DNA of 24,000 nucleotides from Stutzerimonas stutzeri (GTDB lineage Bacteria; Pseudomonadota; Gammaproteobacteria; Pseudomonadales; Pseudomonadaceae): NCBI RefSeq assembly GCF_009789555.1, contig NZ_CP046902.1, positions 4,168,856 to 4,192,855 of the forward strand, read 5' to 3'. Shown piece by piece: positions 8,801 to 16,359 of this stretch (position 1 is its first letter; each line of letters starts with the position of its first letter). The notes under the pieces were generated by a model. It saw only the letters and a program-made list of their open reading frames with translations, ran no database searches and was not told where the DNA came from. The position numbers and the translations under genes were made by a program.

Positions 8801-9180
8801 AGGCTGCATGCCTGGGCCTGCTATTGCTTGCCGGTGTCCAGGCGCATGCCGGCGAGGCCGAACTCCAAGGTTTCATCATCGACCACACGGTTTCCCGATC
8901 CGGCCAGGCGTTCTATCGCAAGTTCTGCGAACGCCTGAACGACACCAGCGCGCTGGATTTCAATCTTGCGGTCAAGGAGCGGCCATCGGCGCGCTGGGGA
9001 ATCCTGGTGGTGGTCGAACAGAACAATCAGCCCCTGTATCGCCGTTTCCTGCAACCGAACGTCAATGACATGGAACAGACCGCCTATGACGCAGCGGATT
9101 TCGTGCTCCAAGAGATAAACCGAAGAAAAGTCGAAGCATTGTTCGAAGACACCATAGACCTTGCGAAGGATGAGTTATGA
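8797..9180 (+). CDS. csgE: curli production assembly/transport component CsgE
   Basis: Signal peptide, then GFIIDHTVSRSGQAFYRKF...ERPSARWG...DLAKDEL. This aligns with E. coli CsgE GLLTDHTVSSIGHDFYRAF...ERPSARWG...DLAHDEF. The ATGA start overlaps the csgD stop. Confidence 0.92.
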   Translation: MKAACLGLLLLAGVQAHAGEAELQGFIIDHTVSRSGQAFYRKFCERLNDTSALDFNLAVKERPSARWGILVVVEQNNQPLYRRFLQPNVNDMEQTAYDAADFVLQEINRRKVEALFEDTIDLAKDEL

Positions 9181-9599
9181 ACCGGTCACCCCATACAATC
9201 ACCGGCATGCTTCTGGCCGGGCTCTTTCTCAGCACCGGCGTCACCGCGACCGAACTGGTCTACACCCCCGTCAACCCCTCGTTCGGCGGTAGCCCGCTGA
9301 ATGGAGCCTGGCTGCTGGGCAACGCCCAGGCCCAGAACGACACCAAGGACCCGGACGCGATCGACCGCTCCTCGTTGACAGGCACCTCGGCACTGGATCG
9401 CTTCACCAGCCAGTTGGAATCGCGACTGCTATCGGACCTGCTCAACAAGATGGACGACCCGAACGGCGGCTCACTGATCACCGATGATTTCATCGTCAAT
9501 GTGGTGAACCTCGACGGCAACCTGACCGTAGAAATCACCGATCGGCTCACCGGAGAAATTTCGGAAATCATCGTCAACGGCTACGGCGCCATCAACTGA
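9177..9599 (+). CDS. csgF: curli assembly component CsgF
   Basis: NPSFGGSPLNGAWLLGNAQAQNDTKDP matches E. coli CsgF [27 protein letters not shown]. Signal peptide present. ATGA overlap with csgE. Confidence 0.92.
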   Translation: MNRSPHTITGMLLAGLFLSTGVTATELVYTPVNPSFGGSPLNGAWLLGNAQAQNDTKDPDAIDRSSLTGTSALDRFTSQLESRLLSDLLNKMDDPNGGSLITDDFIVNVVNLDGNLTVEITDRLTGEISEIIVNGYGAIN

Positions 9600-9622
9600 C
9601 CCTCGCAAGGAGAGCAAAGGCC

Positions 9623-10459
9623 ATGAGAAGCCTATTCGTCGCCATCGGGATGATGGCGGCTCTACAGGGTTGCGCGGTGCGCGAGCCCATGTCTGCCGAC
9701 CAGCAAACCCCAACCCTTACACCTCGGACCTCGACCTACCAGGACCTGCTCGAACTGCCCCGGCCCAGAGGGCCGCTGGTGGCGGCGGTCTATGGCTTTC
9801 GCGACCAGACCGGCCAGTACAAGCCGAGTCCCGCGAGTTCATTTTCCACAGCGGTCACCCAGGGCGCCGCCAGCATGCTGGTCGATGCGATGCAGGCCAG
9901 CGGCTGGTTCATCGTGCTGGAGCGCGAGGGGCTGCAGAACGTGCTGACCGAGCGCAAGATCATCCGCGCATCGCAGGCCAAGCCGGACGTCGCACCGAAT
10001 ATTCAGTCGGAGCTGCCGTCGCTGCTGGCGGCGAACATCATCATGGAAGGCGCCATCGTCGCTTACGAAACCAACGTGCGCAGCGGTGGCCAGGGCGCAC
10101 GCTACCTCGGCATCGGCGTCTCGCAGGAATACCGGGTCGACCAGGTCACGGTCAATCTGCGCGCCATCGATGTGCGCAGCGGCCAGGTGCTGTCCAACGT
10201 GATGACCACCAAGACGATCTACTCGATCGGGCGCAGCGCCAACGTCTACAAGTTCATCGAGTTCAAGGAGTTGCTCGAAGCCGAAGCCGGCTATACCACC
10301 AACGAGCCGGCACAGCTCTGCGTGCTGTCGGCGATCGAGGCGGCAGTCGCTCACCTGATCGCCCAAGGCGTCGACCGACGCCTCTGGCAGACCGCCGACA
10401 ACACGCCGGCCGTCGAGGCAGAACTGGCGAAATATCTCAATACGCCGGCCAAGCTTTAG
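9623..10459 (+). CDS. csgG: curli secretion channel lipoprotein CsgG
   Basis: Lipobox ALQG-C, AAVYGFRDQTGQYKP...STAVTQGAASMLVDAMQASGWFIVLEREGLQNVLTERKIIR, the CsgG family core. AAGGAG RBS. Confidence 0.92.
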   Translation: MRSLFVAIGMMAALQGCAVREPMSADQQTPTLTPRTSTYQDLLELPRPRGPLVAAVYGFRDQTGQYKPSPASSFSTAVTQGAASMLVDAMQASGWFIVLEREGLQNVLTERKIIRASQAKPDVAPNIQSELPSLLAANIIMEGAIVAYETNVRSGGQGARYLGIGVSQEYRVDQVTVNLRAIDVRSGQVLSNVMTTKTIYSIGRSANVYKFIEFKELLEAEAGYTTNEPAQLCVLSAIEAAVAHLIAQGVDRRLWQTADNTPAVEAELAKYLNTPAKL

Positions 10460-10549
10460 AACAGGCGCAACGGTTTCAGCCATTCGATGGATTTGCCAAC
10501 TCGCGGTTTAGGACAGGATGACCTACCGCGATACCACCAGGGATGAAGG

Positions 10550-11016
10550 ATGAACGCGCAATGGATTGCCCGCCAATCGCCCGTGCCGCTGCTCCCGGCA
10601 GCGCTAACCAGCCCCGCCCTCCACGCTGCCGGACCCTCGGTCTGCATGACCTGGCCGCAAGCGAGTTCGCGTCGAGCCAGGCCCACCCTCTCGCAACGCC
10701 CGTGGCGACCGCCTCCACCGGTGACACCCTCGCGCGTCCGCCAGTCGGGAGCCGCCAGAGGAGCGATGTCGAACAGATCGGCCACGCGCTTGAGGCCTTT
10801 AGCGCCCAGAGCCGCCATGGACACGAAGCATTCATCGTGCAGCACGGCGCTTACCACCAGAGATTGATTGTCCAGTCCGGAGCCGACGACCAGGCCCGTA
10901 TTGAACAGGACGGCGCGCACAACGACGCGTTGATCGAACAGACCGGCACCGGGCATAGCAGTCGCGTCACGCAGCATGGCCAGGGTCTGAGTGTACGGGT
11001 ACGCCTGTACCACTGA
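10550..11016 (+). pseudogene. csgB: CsgB-like minor curlin (nucleator), apparently frameshifted
   Basis: The frame of ATG 10550 gives a Sec-like leader MNAQWIARQSPVPLLPAALTSPALHA-AG and then R/P/S-rich junk. The frame of ORF 10543..11016 has no leader. It carries GLHDLAASEFASS (compare E. coli CsgB mature N-terminus GYDLANSEYNFA) and about 4-5 curlin units, ...FIVQHGAYHQRLIVQSGADDQARIEQDGAHNDALIEQTGTGHSSRVTQHGQGLSVRVRLYH. Confidence 0.65.
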
Positions 11017-11063
11017 AGCAACACCAGGAAGTACCGCTGAAAACATTCCATGGAGAGATAATA

Positions 11064-12338
11064 ATGTTCAAGATCAACCCCCTTGTAGCTGCCCTTCTGA
11101 CCGTCGCCGCCACCCAGGCATTCGCGGCGGGAAACACCTCCGAACAACGCCAGAACGGCATCGATAACCTTGCCCAGGTCGAACAGAACGCAGGCACTGG
11201 CAACATGGCCACGCAACTGCAGAGCGGCCTCGGCAACGACGCGATGCTCCAGCAGAACGGCTCGCTTTCCTCGTCGGCCTTGCAGACGCAGATCGCCAAT
11301 TTCCATCAGGCGGACATCAACCAGACGCTCGCCGTGCGCAGCAGCGCGGTGCAATGGCAGAACGGCAAGGCCAACGACGCCGATGCCAACCAGACCGGCA
11401 CCTGGGGCAGCCGCATCGAACAGCGCCAGCACGGTTACGCGAACACCGCCAATGCCGACCAGGCCGGCACGCATGACAGCAGTGCCTCGAGCCGGCAAGA
11501 GGGCAACCACAACCTCGCCTCCAGCTACCAGACCGCAACCCATGGCAGCCAGTCCGCGCTTTATCAGGACGGCACCCTCAACGAGGCCAGCGTCAGCCAG
11601 TCGCTCAGCGCCAGGGATCGCGCGATGATCGATCAACAAGGCAACGAGAACGACGCCGAGGTCGTTCAGAGCTGGAGCTCCGGCTCAGTCGCCGAGATCG
11701 AGCAGGTCGGCAACCTCAACGAGGCATACGTGCGCCAGACCGGCACCCAGCAGGAGGCATACAGCTATTCGGGCGGTGCCTACAACAGCCTGAACATCGA
11801 CCAGCGCGGCGGCTACCAGAACGCGTTCGTCTACCAGCAGGGCGATGAGAACACTGTCGACGTCGGCCAACGCGGCCACGGCAACACCGCCCGCGCAGAT
11901 CAGCACGGTTTCGGCAACGTCGCCGCGTACGATCAGGAGGGCCGCAACCAGACGGCGGCGGTGGCCCAACACGGCACCTACAACGACGCAACCGTTGACC
12001 AGCAGGGCAAGGACAACGCGCTGGACTTCACCCAATCCGGCACCTTCAACAGGCTCACGGCGGTACAGCAAGGCGAAGGCAACCGCATCAGCGGTTCCAG
12101 CAGCCTTGCCAACAATGACGTCGACATCGTCCAGGACGGCGACTTCAACCTCGCCGACGTCAACCAGTTCGGCGACAACCATGCAACCACCGTCGCCCAG
12201 TACGGTGAAACCCATCTGGCGACGGTCCTGCAGAACGGCGCTGGCCACGAGGCATTGGTGGTGCAGAGCGGCATGGGTAACAGCGCGTTGATCAGCCAGG
12301 CAGGCTTCAACAATATGGCAGTCGTCAACCAGCATTGA
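11064..12338 (+). CDS. csgA: CsgA-like major curlin, 424 aa with a greatly expanded repeat array
   Basis: GGAGAG RBS. Signal peptide MFKINPLVAALLTVAATQAFA-AG. The remainder is wall-to-wall S-x5-Q-x-G-x2-N-x-A-x3-Q type units, e.g. SSAVQWQNGKANDADANQ and GSRIEQRQHGYANTANADQ. Confidence 0.9.
   Translation: MFKINPLVAALLTVAATQAFAAGNTSEQRQNGIDNLAQVEQNAGTGNMATQLQSGLGNDAMLQQNGSLSSSALQTQIANFHQADINQTLAVRSSAVQWQNGKANDADANQTGTWGSRIEQRQHGYANTANADQAGTHDSSASSRQEGNHNLASSYQTATHGSQSALYQDGTLNEASVSQSLSARDRAMIDQQGNENDAEVVQSWSSGSVAEIEQVGNLNEAYVRQTGTQQEAYSYSGGAYNSLNIDQRGGYQNAFVYQQGDENTVDVGQRGHGNTARADQHGFGNVAAYDQEGRNQTAAVAQHGTYNDATVDQQGKDNALDFTQSGTFNRLTAVQQGEGNRISGSSSLANNDVDIVQDGDFNLADVNQFGDNHATTVAQYGETHLATVLQNGAGHEALVVQSGMGNSALISQAGFNNMAVVNQH
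11127..12335 (+). repeat. in-frame degenerate tandem coding repeats (curlin repeats, 33-36 nt sub-period)
   Basis: My manual parse of the protein gives about 35 strand units of 11-12 aa, roughly 17 strand-turn-strand repeats. These are protein-level repeats, and the DNA copies are diverged. Confidence 0.8.
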
Positions 12339-12354
12339 TCGGCACCCCGCCCCT

Positions 12355-12383
12355 GACCGCCGGCCCCTGGGTCGGCGGTTTCG
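12355..12383 (+). terminator. candidate intrinsic terminator after csgA
   Basis: gaccgccggcc-cctg-ggtcggcggt forms a stem of about 10 bp (including G-U pairs) with a tetraloop. It is followed by tttcgt, a short and weak U-tract. Confidence 0.45.
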
Positions 12384-12397
12384 TATCCATCGTGCAA

Positions 12398-12475
12398 GCG
12401 GCTCATGACGACGGCCGGGCGCATGAGCCGCGTCGAGGCCGGCCTCGCCGAGTAGCCGCCGTCACCGCGGCGGCT
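12398..12475. repeat. cluster of GC-rich inverted repeats in the convergent csgA/kinase spacer (REP-like or bidirectional terminators)
   Basis: gcggctcatg (12398..12407) pairs with catgagccgc (12422..12431), 10 bp perfect. cgaggcc/ggcctcg is a palindrome at 12434..12447. agccgccg (12454..12461) pairs with cggcggct (12468..12475). Confidence 0.5.
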
Positions 12476-12483
12476 GGCACGGC

Positions 12484-14757
12484 TCAACGCTCGCCGCGCA
12501 GTTCCGCGATGCGCGCTGCCAGCACATCGATCGAAAAGGGTTTGGTCACGATGCGCATACCAGGTTCCAGCTGACCGCTGCCCATCACGGCGTTCTCCGC
12601 GTAACCGGTGATGAACAGCACCTTCAGCCGGGGGTCACGTTGTCGAGCGGCATCGGCGAGCTGGCGGCCATTCATGCCGCCCGGCAGGCCAACGTCGGTG
12701 ATCAACAGGGCGATCTGCGGCCGGCTTTGAAGAATCCCTAACCCGGCCTTGCCGTCCGCAGCCTGCAGCACCTGATATCCCAACTCCTGAAGTATCTCCG
12801 ACACCAGCATCCGCACGGCGGGCTCGTCGTCCACCACGAGCACGGTCTCGCCAGCACCACCGCTCGCCGGGGCCGGTATGTCCCGTTCGGAACCGGTCCG
12901 TGGCGCGCAATCATCGAGTGCGACATGCGGCAGATACAGGCTGATGCGGGTGCCGCGATCCGGCTCGGATAGAATCTTCACCTGGCCGCCGGATTGCCGC
13001 GTAAAACCATAGACCATCGACAGGCCCAGCCCCGTGCCCATACCCAGCGGTTTGGTGGTGAAAAAGGGGTCGAAGGCCTGCGCCACGACATCCTCGGACA
13101 TCCCGACGCCAGAATCCGTTACGTCTATGCGTATGTACGGGCCGGAAGGCACATCGAGCGCCAGGGCGGATCGGCCGTCCAGCGCTTCGTTGCGCACCTC
13201 GATGGTCAACGTGCCGCCGTCGGGCATCGCGTCGCGTGCGTTGATGGCCAGGTTGAGCAGCGCGTTTTCCAGCTGATTGCGGTCCACCAGTGTCAACCAG
13301 CGGTCGCTGCCCAGCTGTGTCTGCAAGCCGATCGAGGGGCCGACGGTGCGGCTGAGCAATTCACGCAGATCGCTGACCAGCTCACCGACATCGGTCGCCA
13401 TCGGGTCGAGCGTCTGCCGGCGAGAAAAGGCCAACAGCCGGTGCGTCAGTGCCGCTGCCCGGCGCGTCGCAGTCTGCGCCACAGTCACGTAATGTTCGAG
13501 CGCGTCGAAACGCCCCTGCTCAATGCGTTTCGCCAACAGCTCCAGGCTGCCGCCGATCCCGGTCAGCAGGTTGTTGAAATCGTGCGCCAGGCCACCCGTC
13601 AATTGCCCGACGGCCTCCATCTTCTGGCTCTGCCGCAGCTGCGCTTCAGCCTGCTCCAGCGCCAGCGCCTGTTGTTTGAGCGCCGTGACGTCGCGCCCCA
13701 CGGCGTTGATGACCGCATCGGCCGGTCGTGATGACCAGCTGATCCAGCGATAGCTGCCGTCACTGCAGCGATAGCGGTTTTCGAAATGCAGGATGGACTC
13801 CCCTTGCGAGGAGCGATGCATGGCCTCCAGGGTGCCGGGGATATCGTCTGGATGAATGAGATCCTTGGTGTCGGCGCCCAGCAACTGCGCTTCACTCCAC
13901 CCCAGCAGCTGCTGCCAGGCCGGGTTGACGGCGATGATGATGCCGTCGAAGCGACATCGAAGCATCACATCACTGGACAGCTCCCAGAGCTGGTTGCGAT
14001 CCTTGGTTCGCGTGGCGACTTCTTCACGCAACGAGTCCGTCAGTGCCTGTAGCGCCCGTTCGGCAGAACGACGCCCGGAAACATCGTTGAACAGGATCGC
14101 GACCCGGTGCTCGGCGGGGTCGCCGACCGGCATGGCCTGGACCTCGAACCAGCGTTGCAAGGCCTCGGCGTTGTTTTCGAAACGTACCGGCCGGCGGCTC
14201 AGCGCGACCTCGCCGTAGATGTCGAACCAATGCTGTTCGTGGGTCGGCGCCAGGTCGGTCATCCACCGGCCCACCGCATCGGCCAGCCCGGTCTGTCGCT
14301 CGAACGCCGGATTGGTTTCGAGGAAACGATAATCGACCGGCCGGCCATGCTCATCGAACTTCATTTCGATGACGCAGAAGCCCGCATCGATCGCATCGAA
14401 CAGGGTGCGATAACGCTGATCGCTGTCGGCCAGGCGTTGCGCGACCGCATCCTGCGCCGTGCAATCGTTGAGTATCTTCAGAAAACCGGAAAGTTCGCCT
14501 TCGCAGAACACCGGCGTCAGCGTGCCCGCGCCTCGCAGGCGAGAACCGTCCGCACGGAGGTACCAGCCTTCGTGATGGGCCTTCCCGTCGCGCAACGCGC
14601 GTTGCATCTGTGCACGCAGCACTTCGGCGTTACGCTCGGCTGTACCAAGCCGCTGATCGAAAGGCTGCCCGCACATCTGCTCCGCGCTCCAGCCGAACAT
14701 GCGCTCGGCACCGACGCTCCAGGCGGTGATGATGCCCTGCGGATCGGTGGCGAACAT
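12484..14757 (-). CDS. hybrid sensor histidine kinase: three PAS domains, HisKA, HATPase_c and C-terminal receiver
   Basis: PAS-like segments (TDPQGIITAWSVGAERMFGW; YRTLFDAIDAGFCVIEM; SSDVMLRCRFDGIIIAVNPAWQQLLGW). H-box QKMEAVGQLTGGLAHDFNNLL. N/G boxes NLAINARDAM, DSGVGM, GTGLGL. REC VLVVDDEP...LLITDVGLPGGMNG...TKPF. The true start may be upstream at 14814 (see findings). Confidence 0.9.
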   Translation of the reverse strand: MFATDPQGIITAWSVGAERMFGWSAEQMCGQPFDQRLGTAERNAEVLRAQMQRALRDGKAHHEGWYLRADGSRLRGAGTLTPVFCEGELSGFLKILNDCTAQDAVAQRLADSDQRYRTLFDAIDAGFCVIEMKFDEHGRPVDYRFLETNPAFERQTGLADAVGRWMTDLAPTHEQHWFDIYGEVALSRRPVRFENNAEALQRWFEVQAMPVGDPAEHRVAILFNDVSGRRSAERALQALTDSLREEVATRTKDRNQLWELSSDVMLRCRFDGIIIAVNPAWQQLLGWSEAQLLGADTKDLIHPDDIPGTLEAMHRSSQGESILHFENRYRCSDGSYRWISWSSRPADAVINAVGRDVTALKQQALALEQAEAQLRQSQKMEAVGQLTGGLAHDFNNLLTGIGGSLELLAKRIEQGRFDALEHYVTVAQTATRRAAALTHRLLAFSRRQTLDPMATDVGELVSDLRELLSRTVGPSIGLQTQLGSDRWLTLVDRNQLENALLNLAINARDAMPDGGTLTIEVRNEALDGRSALALDVPSGPYIRIDVTDSGVGMSEDVVAQAFDPFFTTKPLGMGTGLGLSMVYGFTRQSGGQVKILSEPDRGTRISLYLPHVALDDCAPRTGSERDIPAPASGGAGETVLVVDDEPAVRMLVSEILQELGYQVLQAADGKAGLGILQSRPQIALLITDVGLPGGMNGRQLADAARQRDPRLKVLFITGYAENAVMGSGQLEPGMRIVTKPFSIDVLAARIAELRGER

Positions 14758-14996
14758 GGCGCAATCGCGAGCGGCATCGAAGATTGCCTGAACATGAGCC
14801 CTGGGTTCGAAAATGGCTGTGACTCCTACTGCTTATCAAGTCGCGGAGAACTCGTGACTATCCACTGTATCGCGCCGCTTGTTCAGGGGCACTGGCCATG
14901 TGCGCAGGGCCTCGATGGCGCCCACCGCAAGAGCCGTTGGCAACCGGATAATCTGACAGCCGGTCCCCCTCGTTGTCCCTGCTCGACCGAACGATT

Positions 14997-15956
14997 CTAT
15001 CGCTGCTCGCCCGGCGATGAAGCGCGGCCGAACACCAATGCCTTCAGTCCGCTGTCGGGGCTGATATCGGGAAACTCCGGCGGATTTTCCAGGCGCTCGT
15101 GAAACACCAGTTCGCGCGCCTCCTCGGCCATGCCGTCGATGAGAAAGCCCGGCCCGGTATCCGGGTCGTTGATGCATGCCAGCACCGAGCCTGTGGGGGT
15201 CAGCAGCTCTGGCAGGCGCCGTAGAATCTTTCGATAGTCCCGACTCAACGCGAAGCTGCCCTTCTGGAACGACGGCGGATCGATGATCACCAGATCGTAG
15301 GGGCCGCTCCGGGTGACCTTGCCCCAGGATTTGAACAGCTCGTGACCGAGAAAACTCACCTTGGACAGGTCATGCCCGTTGAGCCGATGATTGTCACGGC
15401 CTCGGCTCAGCGCGGCTCGCGCCATGTCGAGATTGACCACGTGCTCGGCACCGCCGGCGATCGCCGCCACGGAAAACCCGCACGTGTAGGCGAAGAGATT
15501 GAGCACCCGCTTGCCTTCGGCATGTGCCTGCACCCATCGGCGGCCGTAGCGCATGTCGAGAAACAGCCCGTTGTTCTGTTTGATGCCCAGATCGAGCTTG
15601 TAGCGCAGGCCGTTCTCGGTAATCTCCCACGCCTCGACCGGCTCGCCGAGCAAGCGCTCCATATCGCTATCGGGCAGGTACCGATGCTGCAACAGCAGAC
15701 GGCTCGCCCCACTCGCTTGCCAGGGCGCATCCTGCACCAGCGCTGCCAGCATCGCCTTCAACGCGGCGAGCTCCGCCTCGGCCGGAGCCCTGAACAACGA
15801 CACCAACACCACGCCCTGCAACCAGTCCACCGTCAGGTGTTCAAGCCCCGGCCAGCACCGACCGCGCCCATGGAAAAGCCGACGGGTTTCGTCGGGCACT
15901 CGGGCCAGGGCAGTGCTCAGGTGGCGCTGTAGCGTCGTGAGGGCATCGGGTTGCAT
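14997..15956 (-). CDS. class I SAM-dependent methyltransferase, RlmI/RlmK-like (rRNA m5C-type fold, no PUA domain)
   Basis: Internal ATG 15956. VLNLFAYTCGFSVAAIAGGAEHVVNLD (SAM-binding motif) and DLVIIDPPSF (catalytic motif IV). Confidence 0.8.
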   Translation of the reverse strand: MQPDALTTLQRHLSTALARVPDETRRLFHGRGRCWPGLEHLTVDWLQGVVLVSLFRAPAEAELAALKAMLAALVQDAPWQASGASRLLLQHRYLPDSDMERLLGEPVEAWEITENGLRYKLDLGIKQNNGLFLDMRYGRRWVQAHAEGKRVLNLFAYTCGFSVAAIAGGAEHVVNLDMARAALSRGRDNHRLNGHDLSKVSFLGHELFKSWGKVTRSGPYDLVIIDPPSFQKGSFALSRDYRKILRRLPELLTPTGSVLACINDPDTGPGFLIDGMAEEARELVFHERLENPPEFPDISPDSGLKALVFGRASSPGEQR

Positions 15957-16239
15957 GGGATGGTCGTCTCGAAAATGGCTGCGGCATTCTAAACGCACGG
16001 GGCGCACGCGGCATTACCGCAGCGTGCAGGCTCCGTCTGCAATCGGACGGGCCGTTTTATGCCGTGCAACCACACGGGCGAATGGCGCCACTTGAGGTCT
16101 CTGCCCTACGAATCCTCCGCTCAGCCCAGTCGGGCGTTACCGCACAACACGGAACAGCGGGCCGAATAACGAGTCGGATACACTTAACTGCGCCCCTCGA
16201 CCCGGAACAACGCGGCACGGAAATACCCGAGGGGCTTTC

Positions 16240-16252
16240 AGCCTGGCAGGCT
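16240..16252. promoter_or_regulatory. 13-nt perfect palindrome AGCCTG-G-CAGGCT in the kaiC-like leader (candidate operator)
   Basis: Read directly from the sequence, about 108 nt upstream of ATG 16360. Confidence 0.2.
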
Positions 16253-16359
16253 ACACAGTGCTTGCCGGCGTGTTCCGCCTAATCGACCGGTGTCATGCCG
16301 GAATGGCAGGAACAAGGAACGCAGCGAACGCTCGGCGAAGCCTGCGTAAGGAGTACGGT

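Noticed and set aside
10550-10867. The 105-aa ORF considered as an independent small secreted protein.
   Set aside because: Only the first ~28 codons look like real protein (a signal peptide), and the rest is off-frame composition. It is better explained as the displaced leader of the csgB-like gene.
11127-12335. Periodic repeats, considered as a possible CRISPR array or satellite.
   Set aside because: The repeats are in-frame, diverged at the DNA level, lack constant repeat and variable spacer structure, and encode curlin units.
16244-16266. TGGCAG...TGCTTGCC upstream of the kaiC-like gene, considered as a sigma54 promoter.
   Set aside because: The GC element lies several nucleotides too far from the GG element.
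16064-16282. The 72-aa ORF (and 15913..16095) upstream of the kaiC-like gene, considered as a possible kaiB.
   Set aside because: No thioredoxin-like KaiB pattern, no RBS, and biased non-protein-like composition.
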